From Candidatus Marinacidobacterales bacterium (lineage in GTDB: Bacteria; Acidobacteriota; Vicinamibacteria; Marinacidobacterales; DATDRI01), in NCBI GenBank assembly GCA_965219415.1, contig OZ244742.1, positions 448,001 through 512,000 of the forward strand: a DNA stretch of 64,000 nucleotides. The letters run 5' to 3'. Below the pieces are notes generated by a model. The model saw nothing but the letters and a program-made list of their open reading frames with translations. It was not told where the DNA came from and did not search any database. Position numbers and translations under genes: made by a program. This document shows positions 51,088 to 61,321 of the stretch, piece after piece; the stretch's first letter is position 1; each line of letters starts with the position of its first letter.

Positions 51088-53253
51088 ATGGATAGTGGCA
51101 TGAGCCCGCAGCTGGAACCAGCCAACGCGCTCGATGCACAGCAATCCGAATCACAACGGAGGGCTCGCTACCACGGCCTCGACCGGGAGTCACTCCTCAA
51201 CGCCTTTCGACTCATGCTGCTGTCACGCGTGATCGACGACAAGGAGATTCAGCTCAAGCGCCAGAACAAAATTTTCTTCCAGATAAACAGCGTCGGCCAT
51301 GAGGCGGTGCTGGTGGCCGCCGGCCTCTTGCTCAAACCCAGCTACGACTGGTTTTACCCCTACTACCGTGATCGCGCACTCACGCTCACCCTAGGCACCA
51401 CACCCTTCGAACAGTTACTCGCTTCGGTAGGAGCCGCGGCGGATCCCTCGTCCGGTGGCCGCCAAATGCCATCTCATTGGGGCCACTCCAACCTCAACAT
51501 CGTCAACCAATCGAGTCCCACCGGCACCCAATTCCTCCACGCCGTGGGCGCGGCCAAGGCAGGCCAGTACCTCTCAGCGGTGAATGAGATCGCAGAGCTG
51601 AAAGATACGTTCCACGGTGACGAGATCGTCTACGTTTCGGGAGGCGATGGAGCAACGAGTGAAGGCGAGTTTTGGGAGTCGATTAACAACGCCAGCCTCA
51701 ACAAGCTGCCGGTACTCTTTCTCATCGAAGATAACGGCTACGCGATCTCGGTGCCGGTTGAGGCGCAGACTCCAGGCGGTAACATCTCGCGGTTGCTAAC
51801 AAACTTCCCCGATATGTTCGTTACAGAGTTCGATGGCTGCAATCTGGTCGAGAGCTATGCACGGCTAAAGGATGCGGTCACCTATTTGCGGGCCGGTCAC
51901 GGTCCGGCGGTGGCTCACGCGCATGTGATTCGGCCTTACTCACACTCCCTTTCAGATGACGAACGTCTTTACAGAACGGAGGAGGACCGAGCGACGGACG
52001 CCGAGCGTGAACCCATCGCGAAGATGCACGAGTTTCTCATACAAGAGACGTTGGCGACCGAGGAAGAGCTGGGGGCGATGAAGGCATCCGTAGAGCGAGA
52101 AGTGAACGAGGCTGCCGACCAGGCCCTGCAAATGCCTACCGCAAGCCCCGACAACCTTCACGTTCATCTCTACAGCCCCGACGTCGATCCAACCACGAGT
52201 GAATTCGATACCCAGCCGGTACTTTCCGGGAACGAAGGAACAACCGTTGATCTTCTAAATGCGTGCTTGAGAGACGAGATGGAGCGAGACCCCAGGATCG
52301 TGATCTACGGCGAGGACGTTGCCGACGCGACCCGCGAGGATGCGCTCGACGTCGTCAAGGGCAAGGGCGGCGTCTTCAAGGTCACGTTCGGTCTACAGAG
52401 ACGTTTCGGTAGTCATCGTGTCTACAACAGTCCCTTGGCGGAAGCCAGCATCGTGGGTACAGCCATTGGGATGGCCAACCGCGGCTTGAAGCCGGTCGTC
52501 GAGATCCAGTTCTTCGACTATATCTGGCCCGCGTTCATGCAGATCAGGAGCGAACTTTCTACCACTCGTTGGCGCTCGAACGGCGCCTTCGCCTGTCCAA
52601 TCGTCATTCGAGTTCCAACCGGTGGTTATCTTACGGGAGGTGCGATCTACCATAGCCAGTCCGGTGAAGTGCTCTTCACCCACCAACCCGGACTCCGCGT
52701 CGTGATGCCCTCGACCGCCCTCGATGCCAATGGCTTGCTGCGCACCGCCATTCGCAACGACGATCCGGTCATCTTTCTCGAGCACAAGCACCTGTATCGT
52801 CAGACCTACAACAAGAGCCAGTATCCTGGCCCCGATTACATGATTCCGTTCGGTAAGGCGAAAACAGTACAGGACGGCTCGGATATTACTGTCGTCACCT
52901 ATGGAGCGTTGGTGCAACGCACGGTCTTGGCGGCCAGAAAACTTCGAGAGAAGGGCGTGTCGGTGGAGATACTTGACCTCCGGTCCTTGTCGCCTTACGA
53001 CTGGGAAGCCATCGCAGACTCAGTCAAGAAGACGAGCCGGGTCCTCGTCGCTTATGAAGACACACGCTCCTTCGGTTATGGAGCGGAGATCGCCTCCAGG
53101 ATCTCGGATGAGCTCTTCGATTGGCTGGATGCCCCGGTTCGCCGCGTAGGTGCCAAGGATCTGTGGGTGCCCTATCACCCGCAGCTCGAGCAGGCCATGC
53201 TCCCTCAAACGCATGACATCCTGGACGCCATGGAAGAGCTTGCAAAGTACTAG
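51088..53253 (+). CDS. Fused E1 alpha/beta 2-oxoacid (branched-chain) dehydrogenase
   Basis: GHEA, YYRD, GDG.TSEG, NGYAIS, GEDV, EIQF.DY, HSQS. Confidence 0.92.
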   Translation: MDSGMSPQLEPANALDAQQSESQRRARYHGLDRESLLNAFRLMLLSRVIDDKEIQLKRQNKIFFQINSVGHEAVLVAAGLLLKPSYDWFYPYYRDRALTLTLGTTPFEQLLASVGAAADPSSGGRQMPSHWGHSNLNIVNQSSPTGTQFLHAVGAAKAGQYLSAVNEIAELKDTFHGDEIVYVSGGDGATSEGEFWESINNASLNKLPVLFLIEDNGYAISVPVEAQTPGGNISRLLTNFPDMFVTEFDGCNLVESYARLKDAVTYLRAGHGPAVAHAHVIRPYSHSLSDDERLYRTEEDRATDAEREPIAKMHEFLIQETLATEEELGAMKASVEREVNEAADQALQMPTASPDNLHVHLYSPDVDPTTSEFDTQPVLSGNEGTTVDLLNACLRDEMERDPRIVIYGEDVADATREDALDVVKGKGGVFKVTFGLQRRFGSHRVYNSPLAEASIVGTAIGMANRGLKPVVEIQFFDYIWPAFMQIRSELSTTRWRSNGAFACPIVIRVPTGGYLTGGAIYHSQSGEVLFTHQPGLRVVMPSTALDANGLLRTAIRNDDPVIFLEHKHLYRQTYNKSQYPGPDYMIPFGKAKTVQDGSDITVVTYGALVQRTVLAARKLREKGVSVEILDLRSLSPYDWEAIADSVKKTSRVLVAYEDTRSFGYGAEIASRISDELFDWLDAPVRRVGAKDLWVPYHPQLEQAMLPQTHDILDAMEELAKY

Positions 53254-53277
53254 TTTTCCTTGCCATCCAAAGTCGCC

Positions 53278-54459
53278 ATGAGCACCGACACTCAAACCCC
53301 CGCCGACAAAACCCAGCTGGGCCTCACCGTACTCACCGAAGAGGAAAAGATGTTTCGTGGCATGGTGCGAGAGTTCGCCGAGAAAGAAATCGACCCGCTG
53401 GTTTCCGCCATGGATCGTGAAATGGCGTTCGACACCTCTCTGGTAGGAAAGTTCTTCGAGCTGGGCTTGATGGGTATCGAGATCCCGGAAGCCCATGGTG
53501 GCTCCGGTTCCAGTTTCTTTATGGCGGTCCTAGCGGTGGAAGAGATCTCGCGCGTAGACGCCTCGTTGGGTGTTTTCATGGACGTTCAGAACACCCTGGT
53601 GAATAACGCCCTGATTCGTTGGGGCTCGGAAGATCAGAAGAAGCGCTACTTGCCGCGACTCGCCTCCGACACCGTTGGGGCCTACGCGCTTTCGGAGCCG
53701 GAGTCGGGCAGCGACGCCTTTGCCCTCTCGTGCCGTGCCGTTGAAGACGGAGAGGACTATCGACTGACCGGAAACAAGTTGTGGATTACCAACGGGGCCG
53801 AGGCCGGCGTTTTCATCGTTTTCGCCAATATCAACCCTGAGGCAGGGTACCGCGGCATCACCGCCTTTCTAGTAGAACGCGACTTCCCCGGATTCACGGT
53901 CGGGGAGAAGGAAGACAAACTTGGGATTCGCGCCTCGAGTACGACTGAGCTGATCTTGAACGACTGCAAGATCCCCAAGGCCAACGTACTTGGAGAGCCC
54001 GGCAAGGGTTACAAGATAGCCATCGAGACATTGAACGAGGGGCGAATCGGCATAGGTGCACAAATGATCGGGGTCGCCCGCGGCTCCCTCGAGCACGGCA
54101 TCGGCTACGCGAAGGAACGGCAGGCTTTCGGTCAGCCCATCGCTAAATTTCAGGGCATCCAGTTTCAGATCGCCCAATGCGCCACCGAGCTGGAGGCAGC
54201 TCGACTCATGGTCTACAACGCCGCCCGGCTCCGCGACGCCGGACGGCCGTTCGTCGTCGAAGCGGCGATGTCCAAGCTCTTTTCCTCCGACGTGGCGGAG
54301 CGGGTAACTTCGCAGGTCATCGAGATCTATGGAGGCTACGGCTATAGTAAGGACTTCCCAGCAGAAAAGTACTGGAGGGATGCCAAGATCGGCAAGATCT
54401 ACGAAGGCACCTCAAACATGCAGCTCAATACCATCGCCAAGTACCTCCTCGGCAAATAG
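53278..54459 (+). CDS. Short/branched-chain acyl-CoA dehydrogenase
   Basis: LSEP.SGSD, KLWITN, KLGIRASST, IYEG.SN.Q. Confidence 0.92.
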   Translation: MSTDTQTPADKTQLGLTVLTEEEKMFRGMVREFAEKEIDPLVSAMDREMAFDTSLVGKFFELGLMGIEIPEAHGGSGSSFFMAVLAVEEISRVDASLGVFMDVQNTLVNNALIRWGSEDQKKRYLPRLASDTVGAYALSEPESGSDAFALSCRAVEDGEDYRLTGNKLWITNGAEAGVFIVFANINPEAGYRGITAFLVERDFPGFTVGEKEDKLGIRASSTTELILNDCKIPKANVLGEPGKGYKIAIETLNEGRIGIGAQMIGVARGSLEHGIGYAKERQAFGQPIAKFQGIQFQIAQCATELEAARLMVYNAARLRDAGRPFVVEAAMSKLFSSDVAERVTSQVIEIYGGYGYSKDFPAEKYWRDAKIGKIYEGTSNMQLNTIAKYLLGK

Positions 54460-54462
54460 CGG

Positions 54463-55222
54463 TCAACCCTCATTCAGGATATCGGTCATCGCGCCAGTGA
54501 ATCGGTCGATGTCCTCTTTATCGTTGTAGAAGTGTAGAGCCACTCGCAACCCATTACGTCGCGCCGCGACGAGAATATTCTTCTCCTGGAGTTGGGTGGC
54601 TACCCTCTTCGGCTCAGGGACTTTCAGAACAGTAATGCCAGAGCGGCGCTCGCGATCTCGCGGCGACAAAACCTCTACGCCCAGACCTTCCATTCTTGCG
54701 TGCAGTTCCTCGGTCAAATCGTGAACGCGAGCCTCGATATGGTGGGGCCCGATCTCCTCCAGGAACCGGAGCGCTCCGCCGAGTGCAAAGACCCCGGCGA
54801 AGGGCATATACCCCAACTCCAGCCCGCGCGCTTCGCTGGTCAAGTCCAGCCGGGTCGACACTAAATCGTAGGGCACGCGCGCGCTTCGCCAACCGACCTG
54901 AGGAAGGGTTCGAGACTCGAGTAATTCCCTTCGTACGTAGAGCGGGGCAATTCCATAGGCTGCAGTGGTCCACTTGTAGCAGCTAAACACCAATGCATCG
55001 ATGGGACCACGCTGCATGTCAATAGGAAACGCACCGAAACCCTGCGTCGCATCGACCACCAGCAGCATTTCCCGAGCACGGCAAATCTCGCCCAAACGCG
55101 CCAGGTCGTAACGAAAGCCGGTGGCAAACTGAACGAAACTGATTACCAGGTATCGAGTTCCAGGCCCTAACGCGTCCTCGATCTCCTTGTAATCCGGCGC
55201 CCCACTCGAACCGGACTGCAGG
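54463..55222 (-). pseudogene. Class V PLP aminotransferase, 5'-truncated
   Basis: SFVQF.TG, DATQ, SCYKW, R.ALHFYN; N-terminal third missing, abuts the dehydratase remnant. Confidence 0.8.
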
Positions 55223-55968
55223 GGCATCGTCACCGCGTCGGCGGGCAATCATGGCCAAGCCATCGCCTTCGTCTCGTCTCACCAGAAGATCCCCGGCTGC
55301 GTGGTGATGCCGAACGGGGCGAACCGCAGCAAAGTGCGAGCCGTCAAGGAGTACGGCGCGGAGGCGATCCTTTACGGGAAGTTCTGGGACGACGCGTATG
55401 CACATTCTATCGAGCTCGCAGAGGAGAAAGGCCCAGTTTACGTCCATCCTTTCAAGGACCGCCACATCATGGCCGGTCAGGGCACGATCGCCGGCGAGAT
55501 TCTCGAAGACCTTCCGGACCTCGAGGCGATTCTGATTCCCATCGGAGGGGGTGGCCTCATCTCCGGAATTGCGATGGCGTTGCGCCTGGCGCAACCGCGA
55601 GTGCGAATCATCGGCATCGAGCCAGAAGGCGCAGCCAACATGACGACCAGTCGCGGCAGAGGGACGGTGACTCAGTTCGAACAAGTGACCACGATTGCCG
55701 ATGGACTCGCCACCAAGGGAACCGATCCAGAGCTTTTCGATGCATCGATCGCCTCGTAGATGACCTCGTAGTCGTGTCCGACCAAGAGATACGTGCAGCG
55801 ATCCCGCTGCTCATGGAGAGGGCCAAGCTCGTCGCTGAGCCAGCGGGAGCGGCTACGGTAGCAGCACTACTAGCGGGAAGGGTCTCGTTGCCGGAAGGCA
55901 CTAGGACGGTTGCCCTGGTGAGTGGCGGCAACTTGGATGTGGCCGGAGCAGTTTCACTTACCGTTTGA
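55220..55968 (+). pseudogene. Threonine/serine dehydratase, 5'-truncated and frameshifted
   Basis: Begins at RGIVTASAGNHGQ without the PLP-lysine motif; GQGT, GGGGL, then EPAGA and SGGN after a frameshift near 55740. Confidence 0.85.
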
Positions 55969-56165
55969 GATAGTCGCCAGATACGATTCTCCGCTTGCCG
56001 CGGATCTCACCTCGATAGAAATAGACCCAGGCCTCGACGCTCGAGCCATCTTCCAACTGCACCTCTAACTCCGGTTCCTCTTCGAAGAACTCGCGGAGAT
56101 CCTTGCGGGCGGCCTCTTCTGAGGGCCCCGTAGACGAAAACGCTGCGGCAGGGTTGTCCGGTCAA
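55958..56165 (-). pseudogene. Gamma-glutamylcyclotransferase (AIG2-like) remnant
   Basis: Manual translation: VFVYGALRRG, then in another frame EAWVYFY and IVSGDY; middle missing. Confidence 0.7.
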
Positions 56166-56175
56166 AGGCTATTTG

Positions 56176-57303
56176 CTACCAACCACGGACCGGTTTCCAC
56201 TCATCGACAACCTCGGCATCCAGAACAACGTGGTACCGGTCATAGAGTGCCGAGGCCAAGCAAGAGTGATTGGGCACTACGCGCATTTGGGTACCAATGG
56301 AGAGCTCTTCGAAGTCGATGGCTGTCACGCCGCGCACCTGCCCATGTTCCTGAGAGATGGAAGCCAGACGCAAGTCCGGGAAGGCGTGTCGACCGTCGGA
56401 TGCAAACAACCTACCGTACCCGCAGTCAGGGTCCACGTGGCGCGGACCGGGGTCCATAGAGAATGCCAGGCCGCCCGCGTTGATGACAACTTTGTTCTGC
56501 TCCGGATAGTGACCCACGACCGTAACCAGCACCGAAAAGGCCAGGTCTTCCGGAGAACAGCTCCCGATGGCCGCCTGGAATCCGTCATAGAGTGCGTAGT
56601 TTCCTGGACGAGCCTCGGTGACCCCTTCCAGGCTGTCGGTCACCGACATGGTGGGCGTCGAACCGATGCTCACTTCCGGGATGTCCACACCCGCGCCGCG
56701 GAGCTTCCATGCAAACTGGGCAGTCACCTCCCGCTCTTGACGAGCGACCGTCAGGACCTCATCGCGATTGCGACAATCGTAGGAATGGCCGGCGTGAGTC
56801 AGGATGCCACGAAAATCGACGTGCGGCGACCCCGCCAGCTTGGACGCGAGGGCGATACTTTCTTCTCGAGCCGGGTCCACACCGGCGCGATGATACCCGC
56901 AATCGACTTTTAGGAGCACCGGGAAGCGAATCCCTTTTGCCGCAGCGCAAGTTTCCAGCTCACGAAATGTAGCCTCGTGATCAACCAACAAGTTCAAATT
57001 TTCGACGCTCTGACCAAGCTCTGCCGCCTCCTCGAGTCGGGAAAGCGGTACCGGGAAAGCGTAGGTCAGGTCTCGGAAACCCGCAGCGGCAAAGAATCGG
57101 GCTTCGGCCAGGGTCGAGACGGTGATTCCCCCAAAATGACCGCGCACCTGCAGCCGAGCTATTTCCACACACTTGTGTGTCTTGACGTGCGGTCGAAGTC
57201 GCGCACCGAGATCACGGACCCGCTCGGCCATACGGGCCGTGTTGCGCTCCACGATCTTTCGCTCCACTAGCGCGGCGGGCGTCTTTAGCTCTTCGAGCTT
57301 CAT
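56176..57303 (-). CDS. Alanine racemase-domain PLP enzyme (D-serine dehydratase/D-threonine aldolase family)
   Basis: RPHVKTHK, HAGH.Y, GSTP, RPGNY, SQEHG, PNHSC. Confidence 0.9.
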   Translation of the reverse strand: MKLEELKTPAALVERKIVERNTARMAERVRDLGARLRPHVKTHKCVEIARLQVRGHFGGITVSTLAEARFFAAAGFRDLTYAFPVPLSRLEEAAELGQSVENLNLLVDHEATFRELETCAAAKGIRFPVLLKVDCGYHRAGVDPAREESIALASKLAGSPHVDFRGILTHAGHSYDCRNRDEVLTVARQEREVTAQFAWKLRGAGVDIPEVSIGSTPTMSVTDSLEGVTEARPGNYALYDGFQAAIGSCSPEDLAFSVLVTVVGHYPEQNKVVINAGGLAFSMDPGPRHVDPDCGYGRLFASDGRHAFPDLRLASISQEHGQVRGVTAIDFEELSIGTQMRVVPNHSCLASALYDRYHVVLDAEVVDEWKPVRGW

Positions 57304-57392
57304 CGACCGAGAGCATACCAGAACTTCGCTGCCCCTCGAAGTCAACCGCATTCTGATCTACTCTTTGGACCGGGATACAAGTTCTCACGGTC

Positions 57393-58685
57393 ATGGACAT
57401 GGAAAAGAAGAGCACAGCCCGTCTAGCACGGGAAAGAAAGGCACTCTCCCGACTTCAGCTGATCAAGTTGAACCGCGGGCTCGGTCGCTTGAGGCGGAGA
57501 AATCGCTTCTACCAAGCGAAGTTCGAAAACACGAAACTACCCTTGGTCAGCACGGAAGACATCGTTTCTCTCCCCTTTACGACCAAAGCCGAGCTCGTCA
57601 TCGACCAAAACGAGCACCCACCGCACGGAACGAATCTCACTTCGCCTCTCGCGCGATATACACGTGTCCACGCAACTTCCGGCACCACTGGTCGTAAGCT
57701 CAAGTGGCTAGACACGGATCGCACTTGGGCATGGTTCGTCCGCTGCTGGCAGGAGATCTATCAGGCGGCTGGCCTCGATCGCGACGATGTCGTCTTCGCT
57801 GCCTTCGGGTTCGGTCCCTTCATCGGATTCTGGGGCGGCTTCGAGGCCGCCCGGGGACTCGGCGCGATGGTTGTATCCGGCGGCGCGCAGAGTTCGCTGC
57901 AACGCATCGATTGGATCCGCGACAGCCGAGCCACGGTTCTCCTCGCCACGCCCACCTACGCGCTTCGCTTGGCGGAGGTAGCGCGTGAGAACGGGGTCGA
58001 CCTCGCGTCCGGCTCTGTGAGGATGACGATACACGCCGGAGAGCCTGGTGCCAGCATCCCCGCGACTCGACGCCGGATTGAGGAGGCTTGGGGCGCTCGT
58101 GCGTTCGACCACGCGGGCTCCACCGAGGTTGGCGCCTGGGGGTATGAATGCCCCGCCGGCTCCGGCATGCATCTGCTGGAGTCGGACTTCATCGGAGAGG
58201 TGTTAGAGCTCGGCGGCGAGCGCCCGGTTGGACCCGGTGAGAGTGGAGAGCTCGTTCTGAGCAATCTCGGCCGCTGGGATATGCCGGTCGTGCGCTACCG
58301 AACCGGCGATATCGTACGGTTGGGAGCGGAGGCCTGCGAATGCGGTAGCCCCTACGTCTGCTTTCCGGGCGCCGTCCTAGGTCGGGCGGATGACATGATC
58401 CAACTCCGCGGCATGAACGTGTATCCCAGTGCGGTGGAGGAGCTAGTTCAAACCCAAAGCGAAGTCGCGGAGTTCGAAGTGGAGATCTTCCGACATCGCG
58501 AGATGCTGGAGATGGAGATCCGCGTTGAAGTGCAGCCGGACAACAGAAAAGACGCCGTGTGTACGGAATTGTCTCGGATGCTTGCGACGAGACTCGGATT
58601 AAAGGCCAGTGTTCGACCGGTGGCAGCAGGGAGTCTACCGCGATACGAATTAAAGGCTCGACGCTTCAAGTTTCGTGAGGAGTGA
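57393..58685 (+). CDS. Phenylacetate-CoA ligase-family protein
   Basis: TSGTTG, TPTYA, GEPG, RYRTGD, GRADDM. Confidence 0.88.
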   Translation: MDMEKKSTARLARERKALSRLQLIKLNRGLGRLRRRNRFYQAKFENTKLPLVSTEDIVSLPFTTKAELVIDQNEHPPHGTNLTSPLARYTRVHATSGTTGRKLKWLDTDRTWAWFVRCWQEIYQAAGLDRDDVVFAAFGFGPFIGFWGGFEAARGLGAMVVSGGAQSSLQRIDWIRDSRATVLLATPTYALRLAEVARENGVDLASGSVRMTIHAGEPGASIPATRRRIEEAWGARAFDHAGSTEVGAWGYECPAGSGMHLLESDFIGEVLELGGERPVGPGESGELVLSNLGRWDMPVVRYRTGDIVRLGAEACECGSPYVCFPGAVLGRADDMIQLRGMNVYPSAVEELVQTQSEVAEFEVEIFRHREMLEMEIRVEVQPDNRKDAVCTELSRMLATRLGLKASVRPVAAGSLPRYELKARRFKFREE

Positions 58686-58993
58686 ACCTGCTCCATCATC
58701 AATACGCGGTTGCTGAGCTCAAGCACGGCAGGACGGCGTTTCGAAAAGAATGAAATCGCCGCTGTTCGCGGGGGTTCGCACACACGCGCGTAGGGAAACC
58801 CCCATGCATCCAAGTAAGTGACGGCCGTCACCGTACCTGTCGAAGCGCTAAACCGAGTCCCTCCGGAAACCCGATCACACGGACTAATAAACTCATTTCA
58901 AAAGACTTCTCGTCAGGACGAGACCCACCTCCACCATCACGTGGGTGTGTTGGAATGGATCTTGTACTTAGAAGTTGGTCAGGAAGGATTATT

Positions 58994-59566
58994 ATGGCCA
59001 CGACGAGCGTCCCCATCGTTCAGGTGTTCAAGCAGTACTCCACCTTGTTTCAGATGCGAAACCTCCAAGGCGGAGAGCTCGACCCGAGACTCGAGAAAGA
59101 GTGGCAGCAAATCGTCTTCACTCTGGACAGCATCTTCCCTGGAATGTACCAACCCAATGTGAGTGATAGGGGCGCAGAGAAACCACAGCGGTCCGATGTA
59201 AGAAGTCACATACCGATCGAGTATCTCCGGGTGCCCACGGAAGTGGACGTGCTCTGCGAGAAGCCGCTCAATTTCTTCTCCGGTCGACTCCAGGACATCA
59301 GCACCGGCGGAGCCTACGTGCACGCCATGGTTCCGTTCCCGGAAGGCAGTTGGCTACGCCTGACGTTTTGTACGTTTCGAGACGAGATGCCTCTCGAGCT
59401 CGAAGGACGGGTGGCCTGGAAGAACCCTGCGGCGGGGCGCAAGAATACTCTGCTCGAGGGTGCCGGCGTTCAGTTCCTAAACTTCGACGAGAGAAGCCGC
59501 GGTCGACTTAGTAACTATGTCTACGAGTTGGTAGAAGACACGCTGACCAAGGCGAATCTACTCTAG
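58994..59566 (+). CDS. PilZ-domain protein
   Basis: RSDVR (RxxxR), DISTGG (DxSxxG), GRVAW, GVQF. Confidence 0.75.
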   Translation: MATTSVPIVQVFKQYSTLFQMRNLQGGELDPRLEKEWQQIVFTLDSIFPGMYQPNVSDRGAEKPQRSDVRSHIPIEYLRVPTEVDVLCEKPLNFFSGRLQDISTGGAYVHAMVPFPEGSWLRLTFCTFRDEMPLELEGRVAWKNPAAGRKNTLLEGAGVQFLNFDERSRGRLSNYVYELVEDTLTKANLL

Positions 59567-59652
59567 CCTGGCTTCGCTCTTTCCTTCCCACCTCCTCGCC
59601 TTCTCGCCTAACGCTTGCCCCCATGGGCTATTTTCGTTCATGATTCCCACTC

Positions 59653-60102
59653 ATGGGTCAGGATCCGTTCGGCCATTGGATAGACGCCGCGCTCGCTCAG
59701 GCAGAAGAGTCGTGGGCGCAGGGAGGCATTCCGATCGGCTCCGTCCTGGTGGACCAGGAAGGCCACATCGTCGCGCGGGGCCACAACGAACGCGTCCAGA
59801 GTGGTGATCCGACCGCCCACGCCGAAGTCGTGTGCGTCCGGAACGCCGGGAGAAGGCGCGACTGGACGCAGCTCACCCTGGTCTCGACGCTCAGCCCCTG
59901 CTCCATGTGCTCGGGCACCGCTATCCTCTTCCAGATCCCGCGGGTCATCATCGGAGAGAACCGTACGTTCATGGGAGCCGAGGACTGGATGCGAAACAAC
60001 GATGTCGAGCTAGTGCTCCTAGACGATCCCCGTTGCGTCCGCCTCATGGAACGCCTGCAGCGTGAAAAACCCGACCTTTGGGCCGAGGATATTGGGGAGT
60101 AG
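59653..60102 (+). CDS. Cytosine/nucleoside deaminase (yeast FCY1-like)
   Basis: GGIPIG, HAE, LSPCSMC, W.EDIGE. Confidence 0.9.
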   Translation: MGQDPFGHWIDAALAQAEESWAQGGIPIGSVLVDQEGHIVARGHNERVQSGDPTAHAEVVCVRNAGRRRDWTQLTLVSTLSPCSMCSGTAILFQIPRVIIGENRTFMGAEDWMRNNDVELVLLDDPRCVRLMERLQREKPDLWAEDIGE

Positions 60103-60110
60103 TTTCGTGT

Positions 60111-60800
60111 ATGGGTAAGGATACGCATTTCCCCCCCGAGCTCTTCAAGTTCCTTCGACAACTTCGACGGAACAACGATCGGGAATGATTCAAAGCGAAC
60201 AAGCACCGGTACGAAACGGACGTCCGCGATCCTCTCATCCGCTTCATCACTGCCTTCGCGCCCCGCCTTCACAAGATCAGCCCTTGCTTTGTCGCCGATC
60301 CTAGCCCAGTGGGTGGCTCCATGTTCCGTATCTACCGAGACACCCGCTTCTCCAAAGACAAGAGCCCTTACAAAACAATGGCAGCGACCCAATTCAGGCA
60401 CGAAGAAGGCAAAGACGTGCATGCGCCGGGGTTCTACCTACATCTCGAGCCGGGCAACGTTTTCGCGGGAGCCGGGCTATGGCACCCCGACACACGAACT
60501 CAGGCGAGGATTCGAGAGGCGATGGTGGAACACCCCACCCGATGGAAGCGCGCGATCTCCACAAAGAGTTTCCGTCAGAACTGTGCGCTGGCGGGCGAAG
60601 CCCTCAAGAGACCGTCGCGCGGCTACGACGCCGAACACCCTTTGGTGGAGGATCTGAAGCGGAAGGATTTTATCGCCGTCACTTCCTTCGATGAGCGCAC
60701 CGCCTGCTCGCGCGAATTTATGAGCCAATTCGTTCGCCCGTGCCGCGCCGCTTCGCCCTTGGTGCAGTTTCTCGCCGAGGCGCTAGGGTTGGCTTACTAG
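60111..60800 (+). pseudogene. DUF2461 (TIGR02453) protein with in-frame TGA
   Basis: NNDRE*FKANK with TGA at 60186-60188; RIYRD.RFSKDK.PYK downstream in the same frame. Confidence 0.85.
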
Positions 60801-61198
60801 CTGCCGGAGTCCGGCTCTAGGGTCCGTAAAAGAATCACGTGCTCTTCAACGATCTGCCCGTTTACCAAATGGTCTTGGATGATCCGCTCGAGAACCGGCG
60901 GATCACATCCCCCGTACCAAGCGCCTTCGGGATAGACCACCGCGATGGGCCCCCCTTCGCAAACGCGCAAACAATTGGCCTTGGTGCGGAAGATGCCCCC
61001 GTGCTCGGAAAGACCCAGCTCCTTGAGACGCTGCTTCAGGTAGTTCCACGCGGCAATCGATCGCTCTCTCTCGCTGCACTTGGGCTTAGTCTGATCGCAA
61101 CACAGAAAGATGTGCCGACGGGTGACATGAGCTCCCACCGATTGCGCCGCACGTACTTGGCTCTGGCGAGCTCCCCCACCGCCCCCGGACTCTGCCAT
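60797..61198 (-). CDS. Thioredoxin-like 2Fe-2S ferredoxin
   Basis: HIFLC, KPKC, CLRVC, GP..VVYPEG.WY. Confidence 0.85.
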   Translation of the reverse strand: MAESGGGGGARQSQVRAAQSVGAHVTRRHIFLCCDQTKPKCSERERSIAAWNYLKQRLKELGLSEHGGIFRTKANCLRVCEGGPIAVVYPEGAWYGGCDPPVLERIIQDHLVNGQIVEEHVILLRTLEPDSGS

Positions 61199-61321
61199 AC
61201 CCTTTGACTATGGCATCCGACCGTCCGGACGGCAACCTCACCAGGCCGTGACTTTTTTGATTGCCTCCACAGCCGTTCGGACGCACAATAGTGTCTTAGA
61301 GAATTTTCTGGGAGAAGAAGT

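Noticed and set aside
60186-60188. TGA as selenocysteine or recoded Trp, given yqeC in the window
   Set aside because: The position is Trp, not Cys, in the family, and TGA is a normal stop in many genes here
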